Both the position numbers and the translations under genes were made by a program. The notes below the pieces were generated by a model that saw only the letters and a program-made list of their open reading frames with translations, did no database searches and was not told the DNA's origin. Shown here piece after piece: positions 1 through 14,637 of a stretch of DNA of 64,000 nucleotides; positions within the stretch are counted from its first letter, which is position 1, and every line of letters begins with the position of its first letter. This DNA is from Salpingoeca rosetta (lineage: Eukaryota; Protista; Choanoflagellata): contig JAWQFM010000023.1 of assembly GCA_033442325.1 (NCBI GenBank), positions 359,558-423,557 of the forward strand, in the 5' to 3' direction.

Positions 1-93
1 CTGTGACATTATATATTCTTGCACGCCCTTAACTTCCTCCGCCTCACCCTCTTTCCCTTCCCATCACCATCCCCCCCCCAACACACCAAACAG

Positions 94-3000
94 TTCAACT
101 GCAGTGAGCAGATGGACTACAAGTCTGTTGGCAACATCTACAAGGGCCTGGCGCAGTCTGGCGCGTGGGGCTGCTTCGACGAGTTCAACCGCATCTCCGT
201 CGAGGTGCTCTCTGTCGTCGCCGTGCAGGTGAAGACCATCCAGGACGCCATCCGCGCCAAGAAGCAGCGCTTCAACTTCCTGGGCGAGGTGATCTCCCTC
301 ACCCCGTCTGTGGGCATCTTCATCACCATGAACCCCGGCTACGCCGGCCGCACCGAGCTGCCGGAGAACATCAAGGCGCTCTTCCGCCCCTGTGCCATGG
401 TCGTGCCCGACTACGGCATGATCTGCGAGATTATGCTCGTGTCCGAAGGTTTCCTCGACGCCAAGCTGCTTGCGCGCAAGTTCATCACGCTCTACACGCT
501 CAACCGCGATCTCCTCTCCAAGCAGGACCACTACGATTGGGGCCTGCGCGCCATCAAGTCTGTGCTCGTCGTTGCGGGCGCTCTGAAGCGGGCGGACCCG
601 GACCGCTCCGAGGAGGAGGTGCTCATGCGCGCCCTCCGCGACTTCAACATCCCCAAGATTGTCAACGAGGATCTGCCCGTGTTTATGGGCCTCATTGGCG
701 ACCTGTTCCCCGGCCTGGACGTCCCGCGCAAGCGTGACATGGACTTTGAGAAGACGGTGCGCGAAGCTGTGCTGTCCCTCGGCTACCAGGCGGAGGACAG
801 CTTCCTGCTCAAGATTGTGCAGCTGCAGGAGCTGCTTGACGTGCGCCACTCTGTGTTTGTGCTCGGCCCCGCCGCCACGGGCAAGACGGGCGTCCTGCGC
901 TCCCTCAACAAGACGTACCAGCTGCAAGGGCGCAAGCCCATCTGGGCCGACCTCAACCCAAAGGCGGTCACCAATCACGAGCTGTACGGCTACATCAACC
1001 TGGCCACGCGCGAGTGGGTGGACGGGCTCTTCTCGCACATCATGCGCGACATTGCCAACTCCCCCGGCGACAGCCCCAAGTGGATGGTGCTGGACGGTGA
1101 CATTGACACCATGTGGATCGAGTCCCTCAACACGGTCATGGACGACAACAAGGTGCTCACGCTCGCCTCCAACGAGCGCATTGCCCTGCAGCCGTCCATG
1201 CGCCTCCTGTTTGAGATTGCCAACCTCACCTACGCCAGCCCCGCCACCGTGTCGCGCGCGGGCATCCTCTTCGTCAACCCAACCGATCTCGGCTGGAACC
1301 CGTTTGTTGCGTCGTGGATTGAGACGCTGGAGAGCCCCGGGCAGCGCACCAACCTCATGATCCTCTTTGAGAAGTACGTGCCGCCGTGCCTCGACGCGCT
1401 GCGCACGCGCTTCAAGACCATCACCCCGATGACCGAGTGGTCCATGGTCAACACGTTGTGCCACCTGCTCGAGCTGCTGCTCACCCCGGAGCACACGCCC
1501 GAGGGCTGCCCCAAGGAGGACTACGAACTCTTCTTCGCCTGGGCGGCCGTGTGGGCCTTTGGCGGCCAGCTCTTCAAGGACCAGCTGGTCGACTGGCGCG
1601 AGGAGTTTAGCAAGTGGTGGGTCACCGAGTTCAAGACGGTCAAGTTCCCCAGCAGCGGCACGGTCTTTGACTACTACATCAACAAGGACAAGAAGTTCTG
1701 CCCCTGGTCCGAGCTCGTGCAGCCAATGGAGTACGACCCGGAGGTGCCCATGTCCTCTGCGCTCGTGCCTACCACGGAGACGGTGCGCGTGCGCTACTGG
1801 ATGGACCTGCTCGTGGACGCGGGCCAGCCCGTGCTGCTGGTGGGCTCGCCAGGTACCGGCAAGACGGCCACCATCCTCGACAAGCTGCGCTCGCTCAACA
1901 GCGACGAGTGGATCTACTCCATCACGTCGTTCAACCACTACACGACGCACCACACCATCCAGGGCGTGCTGGAGGAGCCCCTGGAGAAGAAGGCCGGCAA
2001 GAACTTTGGCCCCCCGGGCACAAAGCGTCTCGTGTACTTTGTGGACGACCTGAACATGCCCGAGGTGGACCTGTACGGCACGGCGTCGCCGCACACGGTC
2101 ATGCGCCAGCACCTCGACTACGACCACTGGTACGACCGCCAGAAGCACACGCTCAAGATTGTGTCCAACACGCAGTACATGGCCAGCATGAACCCCAAGG
2201 CCGGCAGCTTCACCATCAACCCGCGCCTGCAGCGCCACTTTACCGTGTTTGCCATCAGCCCGCCCGGCGACGCCGCCCTCACCACCATCTACACGCAGCT
2301 GCTCACGGGCCACCTCAAGAACGCGGGCTTCAGCAAGAGCGTGCTGAGCAAGGCGGTGGAGCCGACCATCACCGCCGCCATCAAGATCCACACAAAGGCG
2401 TCCAGCACCTTCCTGCCAACAGCCATCAAGTTCCACTACGTCTTCAACCTGCGTGACCTCACCAACGTGTTCCAGGGCATCGCCTTCTCCACGGGGGACA
2501 CGTTCAAGACGCCGCTGCAGGTCGCCCGCCTGCTCCTGCACGAGTGCGAGCGCGTGTACTCGGACAAGCTCGTCACGGAGGAGGACCTGGTCCTCTTCAA
2601 GAAGTTCAGCGAGCAGATTATGACCGAGTCGTTCCCCGACCTGGAGGCGGAGCAGCTGCTGGCGGAGCCGCGCATCCACACGCACTTTGCCGGCGGCATT
2701 GGCGAGCCCAAGTACAAGCAGGTCAGCAGCATGCAGTCGCTCAACACCATCCTGAACGAGGCGCTGTCCAACTACAACGACGTCAACTCGGCCATGAACC
2801 TGGTGCTCTTCCGCGACGCCATGCAGCACGTCTGCCGCATCAACCGCATCCTGGAGAGCCCGCGCGGGAACGCCCTCCTGGTCGGCGTCGGCGGCTCCGG
2901 TAAGCAGTCGCTCTCGCGCCTGGCCGCGTCCATCAGCGGCCTTGACGCCTTCCAGATCACGCTGTCCAAGGGCTACGGCATCAATGAGCTCAAGGCGGAC

Positions 3001-6000
3001 CTGGCGAGCTGCTACATCAAGGCCGGGCAGAAGGGCCAGGGCGTCATGTTCCTCATGACCGACAGCCAGGTTGGCGACGAGGGCTTCCTCGTCCTCATCA
3101 ACGACCTGCTTGCCTCTGGCGAGATCCCGGGCCTGTTTGCGGACGACGAGAAGGCGGAGATTGTCGATGGCGTGCGCGGCGAGGTCAAGTCTGCCGGCAT
3201 GCAGGACACGACGGAGAACTGCTGGGCCTTCTTCATTGACCGCGTGCGCCGCCTGCTCAAGGTTGTGCTGTGCTTCTCCCCTGTCGGCGACACGCTGCGC
3301 AAGCGCGCGCGCAAGTTCCCGGCCATTGTCAACTGCACGTCCATTGACTGGTTCCACGAGTGGCCGGAGGACGCGCTTGTTTCCGTGTCGCGCAGCTTCC
3401 TGGGCGACGTGGAGCAGGTGCCCGAGGACCTCAAGGACCCCATCTCCCAGTTTATGGCGTACGTGCACGGCTCCGTCAACGAGATGAGCCAGACGTTCCT
3501 CGCCAACGAGCGCCGCCACAACTACACCACGCCCAAGTCGTTCCTGGAGCAGATTGCGCTGTACCAGCACCTGCTAGAGCAGAAGCACACGGAGCTGCAG
3601 AACGCCATGGACCGCATGGAGAACGGCCTGACGAAGCTCAAGAGCACGGCTGCGCAGGTGGACGACCTCAAGGAGAAGCTCAAGGCGCAGGAGATTGAGC
3701 TCGACCAGAAGAACAGGGAGGCCGACGCCCTCATTGAGAAGGTTGGCGTGGAGACGGAGAAGGTCAACAAGGAGAAGGAGGTGGCTGCTGTGGAGCAGGA
3801 GAAGGTGCGCGTCATCAACGAGGACGTCTCTGCCAAGCAGAAGTCGTGCGAGGAGGACCTGGCCAAGGCCGAGCCCGCGCTCGTTGCGGCGCAGGAAGCC
3901 CTCAACACGCTTAACAAGAACAACCTGACGGAGCTTAAGTCCTTCGGCGCGCCGCCAGCCATTGTCGTCACCGTCTCTGCGGCGGTCATGTGCCTGCTGG
4001 CGCCGGGCAAGGTGCCCAAGGACCGCTCGTGGAAGGCCGCCAAGGCCATGATGGGCAACGTCACCGAGTTCCTCGACAAGCTGCTCAACTACGACAAGGA
4101 GAACATCCCGGAGCCCAACCTCAAGGCCGTGTACCCGTACCTCAAGGACCCGGAGTTTGACCCGGACTTTGTGCGCGGCAAGTCGCTCGCCGCCGCCGGC
4201 CTGTGTGCGTGGGCGCGCAACATTGTCACCTTCTACGAGATTTTCTGCGACGTGGAGCCCAAGCGGCAGGCGCTGGCTGCGGCCAACGCGCAGCTGGAGG
4301 CGGCGCAGACCAAGCTGAACAAGATCATGGACAAGATCAAGAAGCTCGACGAGGCGCTGCACCGCCTGCAGATGGAGTTCCAGGAGGCCACGGACGCCAA
4401 GCTCAAGTGCCAGGCGGAGGCCGACGCCACCAACCGCACCATCTCGCTGGCCAACCGCCTCGTGGGCGGGCTTGCCTCTGAGAAGGAGCGCTGGGGCGAG
4501 GCCGTGCAGAACTTCAAGCAGCAGGGCATCACGCTGCCCGGTGACGTGCTCATGGTGACGGCGTTCATCTCCTACACGGGCTGCTTCACCAAGAAGTACC
4601 GCGACATGCTGTACAACGAGCGCTGGGTGCCCTTCCTCAAGTCTGGGCTCAAGTCGCCCATTCCCTGCACGGAGGGCCTGGACCCGCTGGCCATCCTCAC
4701 GGACAACGCGCAGGTTGCCTCGTGGCAGAACGAGGACCTGCCTGCCGACCGCGTGTCCACGGAGAACGCCACCATCCTGCTCAATGCCAAGCGCTGGCCG
4801 CTCATCATTGACCCGCAGGAGCAGGGCATCAAGTGGATCAAGAAGCGCGAGGGCGAGGACCTGCGTGTGGTGCGCCTGGGCCAGAAGGGCTACCTGGACA
4901 CGATTGAGCGCGCCGTGGGCAACGGCGACTGCCTGCTCATTGAGAACCTGGGCGAGGACGTGGAGCCCGTGCTGGACAACCTGCTTGGGCGGCAGCTCAT
5001 CAAGAAGGGCCGCGCCGTGATGATTGGCGACAAGGAGGTGGAGTACAGCCCCACGTTCCGCCTCATCCTGCACACGAAGATGGCCAACCCGCACTACAAG
5101 CCCGAGCTGCAGGCGCAGTGCACGCTCATCAACTTCACCGTGACGCAGAGCGGGCTGGAGGACCAGCTGCTGGCGGACGTCGTCACTGCGGAGCGCCCGG
5201 ACCTGCAGGAGACCAAGGCCAAGCTGACGCAGGAGCAGAACCAGTACGCCATTACGCTCAAGGAGCTCGAGGACGCGCTGCTGGCGCGCCTGTCTTCTGC
5301 GGAGGGTGACTTCCTGCAGGACGAGGCGCTCGTTGTCGGCCTGGAGGATACGAAGAAGACGGCCGAGGAGATTGCGGAGAAGGTGAAGGAGGCCAAGGTG
5401 ACGGAGGAGGAGATCAACCGCAACCGCGAGCTGTACCGCCCCGCCGCCGCGCGCGCCGCCCTGCTCTACTTCATCATCAACGAGCTGGACAAGATCCACC
5501 CCATGTACCAGATCTCGCTTAAGGCGTTCAAGGTGGTGTTTGCGCACGCCATCTCCATCTCGGAGCCCGCGGAGGAGGTGAAGGCGCGCGTGGACAACAT
5601 CACGGAGACCATCACCTTCTCCGTGTTCAACTATGTCTCGCGCGGCCTGTTTGAGCGCGACAAGCTCATCTTCTCCTCGCAGATGGCCCTGCAGATTCTC
5701 GCCAAGCGCGGCGAGATTGTGCCCGCGGAGCTCGAGTTTCTGCTCAAGGCGCCGTCCGTGCCCAACGTGGTGAGCCCCGTTGACTTTATGAGCCACGCCT
5801 CGTGGGGCAACCTCAAGGCGCTCTCGGCGCTGGAGGCGTTTGCCAACCTCGACCGGGACGTGGAGGGCTCGGCCAAGCGCTGGAAGAAGTTCTGCGAGAG
5901 CGAGGTGCCGGAGAAGGAGAAGTTCCCTGGCGAGTGGAAGAACAAGACGCTCATGCAGCGGCTGTGCATGATGCGCTGCTTCCGCCCGGACCGCATGCTG

Positions 6001-7920
6001 TACGCCATGTCGCTGTTTGTGGCGGAGGTGCTCGGCGAGAAGTACACGGCGGGCCGCGTCATGGAGTTTTCAAGGACGTTTGAGGAGACGTCGCGCGCCA
6101 CGGGCGTCTTCTTCATCCTCTCCCCGGGCGTGAACCCGATTCTGCAGGTGGAGCAGCTTGGCAACAAGCTCGGGTTTGCCTTTGACAACAACAACTACCA
6201 CCAGGTGTCGCTTGGCCAGGGCCAGGAGGTTGTTGCGGAGAACGCGCTGACGGTGGCGGCGGAGAAGGGCCACTGGGTTGTGCTGGAGAACATCCATCTG
6301 GTGAAGAAGTGGCTGCCGAGCCTGGAGAAGAAGCTTGAGCAGTGCTCGCTGGAGGCGCACGACGACTTCCGCTACTTTTTGACTGCGGAGCCCGCGTCCA
6401 CGGCGGCCTCGCACATCATTCCCCAGGGCATCCTGGAGGCGTGCATCAAGATCACAAACGAGCCGCCCACGGGCATTCAGGCCAACCTGCACGCCGCGCT
6501 GGACAACTTCAACCAGGACACGCTGGAGATGTGTGCCAAGGAGAACGAGTTCCGCAAGCTGCTGTTCTCGCTCGTGTACTTCCACGCGGTGGTGCTTGAG
6601 CGGCGCAAGTTCGGGCCCATGGGCTGGAACCGCAACTACCCCTTCAACACGGGCGACCTGACCATCTCCTGCAACGTGCTGCTCAACTACCTGGAGAGCA
6701 ACAACACCGTGCCGTGGACCGACCTGCGCTACCTCTTTGGCGAGATTATGTACGGCGGGCACATCACGGACAACCTTGACCGGCGCCTGTGCAACACGTA
6801 CCTGATGGAGTTTATGCGGCCGGAGATGCTGGACACGGATCTGGAGCTTGCGCCCGGGTTCCTGTGCCCGAACAGCATGGAGTACAACGAGTATCACGAG
6901 TACATTGACGAGAACCTGCCGCCGGAGTCGCCCTACCTGTACTGGATGCACCCCAACGCGGAGATTGAGTTTTTGACGGTGACGTCGCAGCGGCTGTTCT
7001 CGACGGTGCTTGAGCTGCAGCCGCGGGAGACAGCGGCGAGTGGCGGCGAGGGTGCCGGGCAGACGCGCGAGGAGAAGATCAAGGCCATCCTGGACGACAT
7101 TCTGGAGAAGCTGCCGGAGGAGTTCAACATGCTCGAGTTCAACCAGCGGCTGCCCGCGGAGGAGCGCACGCCGTATTCCAACGTGGCGTTCCAGGAGACG
7201 GCGCGCATGAACAAGCTGACCAACGAGCTTCGGCGGCAGCTGAAGGAGCTTGACCTTGGCCTCAAGGGCGAGCTGACCATCACGGAGGCCATGGAGGAGC
7301 TGAGCCACGCGCTCGAGCTGAACAAGGTGCCGGCCAACTGGGAGAGCATGGCGTACCCGAGCACGAAGCCGCTTGGCCCGTGGTATGCGGATCTGCTGGA
7401 GCGCATCAAGTTCCTGGAGGCGTGGTCGACGGACTTTGCGCTGCCCGCTGTGGTGTGGCTGGGCGGGCTGTTCAACCCGCAGTCGTTCCTCACCGCCATT
7501 CTGCAGCAGACGGCGCGCAAGAATGAGTGGCCGCTGGACAAGATGTGCATGAACTGCGACGTGACGAAGAAGTACAACAAGGAGGACTTTACCACGCCGC
7601 CGCGCGAGGGCTCGTACATCTGCGGTCTGTTTATGGAGGGTGCGCGCTGGGACACGGGCAGCGGCATCATCCAGGATGCCCGGCTGAAGGAGCTCACGCC
7701 CACCATGCCCATCCTCTACTTGAAGGCCATTCCCGTGGAGAAGCGCGACACGCGCAACATTTACGAGTGCCCGACGTTCAAGACCAAGGAGCGTGGCCGT
7801 GCCAACGAGCAGGTCGCTGTGGGCGTCTGCCCGGGCTTTGTCTGGTCGTTTGACCTTCGCACCAAGGCCCACCCGAACAAGTGGACGCTGGCTGGCGTTG
7901 CCCTCTTGCTCTCCGACTAA
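94..7920 (+). CDS. Axonemal dynein heavy chain (outer-arm beta/DNAH9-11-17-like), 3' terminal exon only; 5' part lies outside the window
   Basis: Acceptor AAACAG at 88-93 precedes FNCSEQMDY. Motifs: [24 protein letters not shown]-loops [16 protein letters not shown] and GVGGSGKQS, coiled-coil stalk/MTBD, C-terminal [10 protein letters not shown]; stop TAA at 7918-7920. Confidence 0.97.
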   Translation, partial: FNCSEQMDYKSVGNIYKGLAQSGAWGCFDEFNRISVEVLSVVAVQVKTIQDAIRAKKQRFNFLGEVISLTPSVGIFITMNPGYAGRTELPENIKALFRPCAMVVPDYGMICEIMLVSEGFLDAKLLARKFITLYTLNRDLLSKQDHYDWGLRAIKSVLVVAGALKRADPDRSEEEVLMRALRDFNIPKIVNEDLPVFMGLIGDLFPGLDVPRKRDMDFEKTVREAVLSLGYQAEDSFLLKIVQLQELLDVRHSVFVLGPAATGKTGVLRSLNKTYQLQGRKPIWADLNPKAVTNHELYGYINLATREWVDGLFSHIMRDIANSPGDSPKWMVLDGDIDTMWIESLNTVMDDNKVLTLASNERIALQPSMRLLFEIANLTYASPATVSRAGILFVNPTDLGWNPFVASWIETLESPGQRTNLMILFEKYVPPCLDALRTRFKTITPMTEWSMVNTLCHLLELLLTPEHTPEGCPKEDYELFFAWAAVWAFGGQLFKDQLVDWREEFSKWWVTEFKTVKFPSSGTVFDYYINKDKKFCPWSELVQPMEYDPEVPMSSALVPTTETVRVRYWMDLLVDAGQPVLLVGSPGTGKTATILDKLRSLNSDEWIYSITSFNHYTTHHTIQGVLEEPLEKKAGKNFGPPGTKRLVYFVDDLNMPEVDLYGTASPHTVMRQHLDYDHWYDRQKHTLKIVSNTQYMASMNPKAGSFTINPRLQRHFTVFAISPPGDAALTTIYTQLLTGHLKNAGFSKSVLSKAVEPTITAAIKIHTKASSTFLPTAIKFHYVFNLRDLTNVFQGIAFSTGDTFKTPLQVARLLLHECERVYSDKLVTEEDLVLFKKFSEQIMTESFPDLEAEQLLAEPRIHTHFAGGIGEPKYKQVSSMQSLNTILNEALSNYNDVNSAMNLVLFRDAMQHVCRINRILESPRGNALLVGVGGSGKQSLSRLAASISGLDAFQITLSKGYGINELKADLASCYIKAGQKGQGVMFLMTDSQVGDEGFLVLINDLLASGEIPGLFADDEKAEIVDGVRGEVKSAGMQDTTENCWAFFIDRVRRLLKVVLCFSPVGDTLRKRARKFPAIVNCTSIDWFHEWPEDALVSVSRSFLGDVEQVPEDLKDPISQFMAYVHGSVNEMSQTFLANERRHNYTTPKSFLEQIALYQHLLEQKHTELQNAMDRMENGLTKLKSTAAQVDDLKEKLKAQEIELDQKNREADALIEKVGVETEKVNKEKEVAAVEQEKVRVINEDVSAKQKSCEEDLAKAEPALVAAQEALNTLNKNNLTELKSFGAPPAIVVTVSAAVMCLLAPGKVPKDRSWKAAKAMMGNVTEFLDKLLNYDKENIPEPNLKAVYPYLKDPEFDPDFVRGKSLAAAGLCAWARNIVTFYEIFCDVEPKRQALAAANAQLEAAQTKLNKIMDKIKKLDEALHRLQMEFQEATDAKLKCQAEADATNRTISLANRLVGGLASEKERWGEAVQNFKQQGITLPGDVLMVTAFISYTGCFTKKYRDMLYNERWVPFLKSGLKSPIPCTEGLDPLAILTDNAQVASWQNEDLPADRVSTENATILLNAKRWPLIIDPQEQGIKWIKKREGEDLRVVRLGQKGYLDTIERAVGNGDCLLIENLGEDVEPVLDNLLGRQLIKKGRAVMIGDKEVEYSPTFRLILHTKMANPHYKPELQAQCTLINFTVTQSGLEDQLLADVVTAERPDLQETKAKLTQEQNQYAITLKELEDALLARLSSAEGDFLQDEALVVGLEDTKKTAEEIAEKVKEAKVTEEEINRNRELYRPAAARAALLYFIINELDKIHPMYQISLKAFKVVFAHAISISEPAEEVKARVDNITETITFSVFNYVSRGLFERDKLIFSSQMALQILAKRGEIVPAELEFLLKAPSVPNVVSPVDFMSHASWGNLKALSALEAFANLDRDVEGSAKRWKKFCESEVPEKEKFPGEWKNKTLMQRLCMMRCFRPDRMLYAMSLFVAEVLGEKYTAGRVMEFSRTFEETSRATGVFFILSPGVNPILQVEQLGNKLGFAFDNNNYHQVSLGQGQEVVAENALTVAAEKGHWVVLENIHLVKKWLPSLEKKLEQCSLEAHDDFRYFLTAEPASTAASHIIPQGILEACIKITNEPPTGIQANLHAALDNFNQDTLEMCAKENEFRKLLFSLVYFHAVVLERRKFGPMGWNRNYPFNTGDLTISCNVLLNYLESNNTVPWTDLRYLFGEIMYGGHITDNLDRRLCNTYLMEFMRPEMLDTDLELAPGFLCPNSMEYNEYHEYIDENLPPESPYLYWMHPNAEIEFLTVTSQRLFSTVLELQPRETAASGGEGAGQTREEKIKAILDDILEKLPEEFNMLEFNQRLPAEERTPYSNVAFQETARMNKLTNELRRQLKELDLGLKGELTITEAMEELSHALELNKVPANWESMAYPSTKPLGPWYADLLERIKFLEAWSTDFALPAVVWLGGLFNPQSFLTAILQQTARKNEWPLDKMCMNCDVTKKYNKEDFTTPPREGSYICGLFMEGARWDTGSGIIQDARLKELTPTMPILYLKAIPVEKRDTRNIYECPTFKTKERGRANEQVAVGVCPGFVWSFDLRTKAHPNKWTLAGVALLLSD

Positions 7921-7928
7921 CTTCTGCG

Positions 7929-7933
<5 letters not shown>

Positions 7934-7990
<57 letters not shown>

Positions 7991-8028
7991 TGTTTGTGTG
8001 TGCTTGTTTGTGTGTGTGTGTGTGTGTG
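7934..8028 (+). repeat. (GT)n microsatellite just 3' of the dynein stop; representative of dozens of (GT)n/(CA)n tracts in introns and UTRs across the window
   Basis: Directly visible perfect dinucleotide run. Confidence 0.95.
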
Positions 8029-8564
8029 TTTCTTCGTGTGATTCGTGTTTGTTTTGTTTCGTGTATCTGTCTGTGTGTGCCCTTCTTGCAACTATACACT
8101 GCTCTTGCTTGTTTGCGTGTTGGTGCTTTCCCAAACTACATCCCACGCATGATGATGTCACTGTTCTTTCCCATTGCTTTGTTGTTGTTTCATTGCTGCG
8201 TCTCTGAAGAAGCGAGCGAGCGATAAATACTCGACACATTAGCGCATGACAACCAAGCAACTACATGCTGCAAGGCGGCACGCGAGCGCACGAATGAAAG
8301 CAGGAGGCAGCATAAGATGGACACACACACACACACAGCGATGCGCAGGCAACTCAAGAAACACAAATGTGCAAACAAACCGAAAGGGGCGCTTACAGTC
8401 TCTACACCACCAAAAAGGACAAAATGAGAGAGAGAAGAAAATATTTGCGTCGCGTCACATCATCATCACCATCCATGAGGCGCGCGATGACGAACGAAAT
8501 CATGGCACCATCAACACCAAAGGAACAAAACGGCAAAGGATAAATGACGAAATAAGGAGGGAGG

Positions 8565-8628
<64 letters not shown>

Positions 8629-9215
8629 GCGCGCAGAAAGTGTGGTCGTTTTTCATTCAAGAAAGCAGCGTCAAGAAGAGGAGGCAGTAGTTGCGCATTT
8701 GGTCCGTCAACGGAACCATTCAGAGAATAACGCGGTGACAAGGCCACACCTTCCGCCACCAAGGGGCGATGCATGCGGGTGTGAGTGCACGTGTGCATGT
8801 GTTGAGCTCCCGTGATAAAGAGAGGAGCACAACGATAGAATGAGAGAAAAGGTCCGTTAAATCGCGTGGAAACATGAAAGCACCACATCGATGGCCACCA
8901 CGGTTCTCGAAAAACAAAACATACGAGTGCACGAGTGTTTGGCAACACACACCACAAACATAGAGGAGGAGGGGAAGAGCAGAGAGTTGGATGCGTGAGC
9001 GCAACATACAGCAAAAGCACACACCACGCGAAAATGATGTTGTCGATGTTGTCGATGAGCTGATGATGGAAGGAATACTGCTGTGGTGGGCGTCAAATTA
9101 ACGAGAAAACGCACCCAGCACGAGCAGAGGGATGAGAGAATAAAATGAATCACACCCGGGGTGTATATTACGCGGCGTTTTGAAGGTTCGTTTGGCGGCG
9201 ATGAGAGAAGGGGGT

Positions 9216-10575
9216 TCATTGCGGGTGCGCAGAGCTGGATGTGGTGGTGGTGGGGTCTGTTGACGAAGAGGAGGAAGTAACGACTGGGTTGTTTGCCATT
9301 TCATCCAGCTGGTCATAGCTGATGTTGCCACTGTGCAGCTCGCGCAGGAAGCTGTTGAATTCCTCATCAGCTTCCACTTCCTCCTCCTTGAATTGGAAAT
9401 CACCAAACTCATCCTCCCCAAACTGCTGCTGTTGTTGCTGCTGTTGTTGCTGCTGCTGTTGCCGCTGCTGTTGGAACTGTGGTGGCGGCTGCTGGTGCTG
9501 CAGCGCGCCGCCAGCCATATCACCGCCATGCAACATTTCGTTGCCGCTGCCATTGAACAGGTGCTGGTGGCCCTGGGCCGACGGGCGCATGCTGTCGTGC
9601 TCGCCGAGATGCGGCGGCGGCGGCTGCTGCTGCTGCATGCTGATGCGCAGATCATGTGTGAGCGTGCGTGTGAGGGCGTCATCGAGCGGCGACGCGGCCT
9701 CAGCATAGGGCTCCTCCGCAATGGCATCGTCAATGTCAAACTGCGGCGTGGGCGGTCCGCTCATGTTCACGCTGGAGCTGGAGGGGGACATGCCCCACCG
9801 GTGCATCGTGGTGAGGTGGGCCGGTATTGCCGACAGCGGGCCGTTACCAGCACCTTGATGCTGCTGCTGGTGTTGTTGCTGCTGCTGCTGTTGTTGCTGT
9901 TGCTGTTGTTGCTGTTGCTGTTGCTGTTGTTGCTGTTGCTGCCGTTGCAGCCGCTGGTGCTCTTGTTGCTCCTGGTGGCGAGCAAAGGGGTCCTGGTGCG
10001 CCATGTGTCGGTGTTGTGCGTGGCCGAGGCCAAACCCGGCTGTGGTGGGGTCCGCAGGGGACGCGACAGAGGCAGAGGAGGATGTGGCCGCATCCATGCG
10101 CTCCTTGGCAGCGGCGAGATCCTGCTGGGAGTGGCGCCGCAGGTGCGTCTTGAGGCTGCACCGCTGCGTAAACCGCGTGTTGCACACGGGGCACAGAAAC
10201 GGCTTCTCGCCAGTGTGCACGCGGATGTGGCGCACAAGCTGTCCCCACAACACACGCGAGCGCGAGCAAGCAAGCACAAGCACAAGCACAAGCACAAGCA
10301 CAAGCACAAGCACGAGGAGCAAGGAAGGGGCGAAGCGAGCAGTATATTGTGTTAGGTTGTGTTAGGTTGTGAGACAAAAGGGGGCAGGAGGTGATGGCGA
10401 GCAAAGGAGAAGACGAATGAGGAGGAAAAAGGGGACATGTCGAAAAGGAAGGAGCACATGGATGGATACAGCTGTGGTGAATTGAATTCATGTTGATAGT
10501 CGGTTCGACTGTGAGCGCACCTTGCTGTGACTGGGGAAGACTTTACCGCAATCAGGGTGTGGGCACGGGTGGGAC

Positions 10576-10631
<56 letters not shown>

Positions 10632-11082
10632 TGTATGTGTGCGTGTGCGTATGTGTGTGTGTTTGGGGGGGGGACTTTTGATTAGCAATGGCATCAGTTT
10701 GATTGTAGAGACGCACATAAGCTCAGCACAAGCACCATCAACACAGACCCCTAAGCACAAACAAACAAAGACACACACCCGTCCTGCTGACAAGCACAAA
10801 CAAACAAAGACACACACCCGTCCTGCTGACCTTTTTGGAGCAACGGGAAGGGTGGCAGGGGTAGTCCTGTGCACATTCGTAGTTGAAGTTGGGCTGTGGT
10901 GTCTCGGCGGCTTCGTTCAGACTGGTTCCAAGGCGGGACAAAAGGGGAATACAGGGGCGATTCCGTGAGAACAACAGCACTCACACAACGACGTGATAGC
11001 ACGCATTCGTGCACTCATACAAACAATCACGAAATCACATACACACAATCACAAACATATGCACGCACACGCGCGTACAGTG

Positions 11083-11113
<31 letters not shown>

Positions 11114-12103
11114 ACACACAACACACTCGTACATACACCACACAGCATTAACAAGAACGAAACACAACGTGGCACCTGGAGACTGAAGAGGCGCGGCTGT
11201 CAAAGTTGAGGCGTGCAGCGAGCTCCATAATCTCCTTGTTGGGGGCGAGCGGGTGGGTGATAGACCCCATTGAGCTGCCGCGGCGCCTGTTAATCTCCGC
11301 CATGGACAGACCGCCCAGCGCCGCCGCCGAGGACGACGAGGATGACGACTGCTGCTGCTGCTGCTGCTGCTCCTGCTGTGCAGCCGCGCGCATGGCGTGG
11401 ATGGAGAGCGAGGTTGAGCGTTGTCTGTTGCGTCTGCGCGCGGCGGATGCAGATCGGGAGCGGCGGTTGGCGGCTTTGCCCGTCACGGCGGCGGTGGTCG
11501 GCACAGGCAGTGGTGCCATTGCAGTCGAGGACGACGATGAGGGCGATGGCGGCATGGCAGCCGGTGTTGGCGTGGCAGTTGTTGTCATGGAGCTCGCAAC
11601 CGACGAGGTGAGCGGTTGGTGCGCGCGTGCTGATGCCGAAGAGGACGACGACGATGGCGCCATCATGCCAAAACCAGCGGTGGACAGCGACGGCAGTGGT
11701 GGCGAGCCTGAGGGTGTCAGCTGTTGCTGCTCCTGCTCTTGCAACGTGTCCAGCCCAAACGGTGCCGCAAGGCCGTGACGATGGCGTGGTTGGTGTTGGG
11801 GTTGTGATAGGAAACCCGTCTGATCATCCACGCCAAAGGACCGGTCGCCTCTTTGCTGGTGTTGCTGGTGTTGCTGGTGTTGCTGGACGCGGTGGAGCAA
11901 GTTCTGGATCTGCTGCTGCTGCTGAATGGTCTGCGATTCGTCCAGCAGCAGCTGCTGTACCTGGTGCTGCACGCGTTGCAGGCGCTCCAGAGCGGCCATG
12001 CGCTCCTGTGGTGCTGTGGACGCCAGCGCATCCAGCGACACGTCCCCATTCATCAGCTGCAGCAAATCAGCCAAGTTGCCGTGCTGCACCGAGGGCTGGC
12101 CCA

Positions 12104-12155
<52 letters not shown>

Positions 12156-12749
12156 TTGGTGGTGGTCATTCTGGAACAGCCGCTGCCCCTGTTGGTGTTG
12201 CCCCTGCTGCTGTTGTCGCTGCTGCTGCTGCTGCTGCTGCTGCAACTGGACGGACAGGTTGCCCATGAGCTGCTGCAGCATGGCCTGGTGCAGTTGCCCG
12301 TTGTCCATATCAAATGTGGCGCCGGCTTGCTGCTGCGACTGTTGGTCCTGTTGCAGTTGCTGCTGCTGGTGCAGCTGTTGCTGTTGGTCGCGGCTGAGCT
12401 GCAAGGCCTGATATGCCTGCATCATGAGCTGCTGCTGCATATCCTGTCCCGCCGCATCGGCTGAAGGCCGCTGCTGGTGCTGGTGCTGGTGCTGGTGGCG
12501 TTGGCGGTGGTGGAATGCGCCTTGTTCCATGCCGGCCTGTGGCTGGGGCGGCGGTGGCGGGGGCACTCGTTGAGCGGATGTGTTTAGAGATGGCCCTGAA
12601 GGAGCGGCCTGCTGCTGTTGGCCATGCTGCTGTTGGCCATGCTGCAGCTGCTGCTGTTGTTGTTGTTGCTGTGGTAAACCATTGAGAAGATTGACGCAGT
12701 CCAGGTCCTCAGCATCCATGAAGGAGGTGGGGTTATTGGCGGTCATCAT
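9216..12749 (-). CDS. Glutamine-rich C2H2 zinc-finger transcription factor (2 fingers, 4 coding exons)
   Basis: Phase-consistent GT-AG exons 12749-11176, 10921-10831, 10574-10521 and 10238-9216. They give HPCPHPDCGKVFPSHSK|LVRHIRVH-TGEKPF-LCPVCNTRFTQRCSLKTHLRRH with a canonical TGEKP linker and several polyQ tracts. Confidence 0.85.
10752..10830. repeat. Tandem ~39-bp duplication at the 5' end of zinc-finger intron 2
   Basis: aagcacaaacaaacaaagacacacacccgtcctgctgac occurs twice back-to-back. Confidence 0.85.
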
Positions 12750-12976
12750 GTCGGCAGGTTGTGCTGTTCCTGGCTGGTTCCTGCGCGGGTTTGGGTTGGA
12801 CGAGCAGGAAGAGGGAGGGAACGAAGAGGGAACGAGGGCCAAGGGGTGGTGAGCACAGCGACGAAGCAACCGGGGTTGATGTGTGATTGTGTGTGCAACT
12901 GGTGGGTGCCGGACGCGAGCATGTACATGTGTGTTTGAGAGAGTTTGGGTGGATGTGTGTGTGTGTGAGTTTGGGT

Positions 12977-13079
<103 letters not shown>

Positions 13080-13839
13080 GGGGGCGACCGAGTTGGAAGG
13101 AACGAACACGGGAAGAAAGGGCACACGCCACCAATGAAGAGCAGCCACAAAACACACCAACAATCAGAAGAAGAATTGGAGGTCGGGAGAGAGGACATAT
13201 GTGCAGAGCGGAAACACTGAGACCGTGAGAGGGACAGCGGGGCGACGCAATAAAGGAAACAGGGAGAGAATGGAGGAGGGAGGGAGGCAAGGAGAAAGAG
13301 AAAGGGAAGGGGAGAGCTGTGGTACTCTGGTGCAAGGATGTGGGGGGGGGAACGAGCCACGTCAAGCCAAGACAATAATGTTTGGAAAGTTGCAGAATGC
13401 GCCATCAATCAACATTTTGTGCATGTGCAACGCTGTCGACACGACAGCCGATTGTCGGCCAGTGTGACTGGTGAATGATGAGAATAAGGCCAGTGACACG
13501 ACGGAGAAGAGAAGAGCGAGAAGCAAGACAAAGTGGGCTTTGGAGGGGGGGGGACAAGGAGAAGAAAGCGGGGAAGGAAGAAGGGGAGTAAGAAGGAATA
13601 AAGGACACGAGCACATGCGTGGTGTGTGTGTGTGTGTGGGGGGGGGGGTGCGTGCATGCATGCGTGCATGCATGGAAAGAAGAAGGAGAAGCAGAAGGGA
13701 CGGCTGCTTGGTAGTTGATATGACATGGCCGTTGCACGCAAGCGCGCGCGCACACACACACACACACGCACACATAAACGAACAGAGGAGACGCCTCAAG
13801 GTGTGCATGTGTGGTGCTGGGTCCATAGAACAGACACGA

Positions 13840-13905
<66 letters not shown>

Positions 13906-14574
13906 CATACTCACATGGAGAAAGAGGGTGGCGAGGGGTCCACTCCAAGCGAGACCGGCACCAGGCCAGCTGAGTAGGACAAGGACAACAACAGCAACAA
14001 CAGCAACAACAGCAACAACAGCAACAACAGCAACACCACAAAGACGTGCAGACACACAAGGACAGCAACAATAACGATACCCACACAGACGTGCACCCAT
14101 GCACATGCACATACACAGACAGAACGAGGCGATGGTGGTGGTGGCACAGGGTCAACAGCGATGAAACAGGGAAGGAAGCAACAACGCAGACGCAAGACGT
14201 GTTGATGGTGGGAAAGTGTGTGTGTGTGTGTGTGTGTATGTGTGTGTGGCCAACAGGGATGATATGGACAGAGGTAGGCAAGGGATGGCAGCATGGAAGC
14301 GTAAGGGGTGGCAAGGGGCGCCTTCCATCACACAACAAACACAAACAAACAACAAACACAAACGCACACATGCGCACACGCACACGCAAACGCGTGTATC
14401 CAAACGCACACGAACCCTTGTTTGCAACCAAACCACTCCCACTCCTACACACAAACACAAACACAAACTCACACACAAACTCGCTGCCGCCCTAACGACA
14501 GCCACAGAGGCGGGAAATCAAAAAGGAGGAACGAACAAGCATCGAACGCAAAACAAGGCTCACCTTAGCCTCGC

Positions 14575-14637
<63 letters not shown>

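Noticed and set aside
64-8091. Very long antisense ORFs (1168, 740 and 673 aa) opposite the dynein exon
   Set aside because: Shadow ORFs caused by extreme GC3 codon bias; no recognisable motifs
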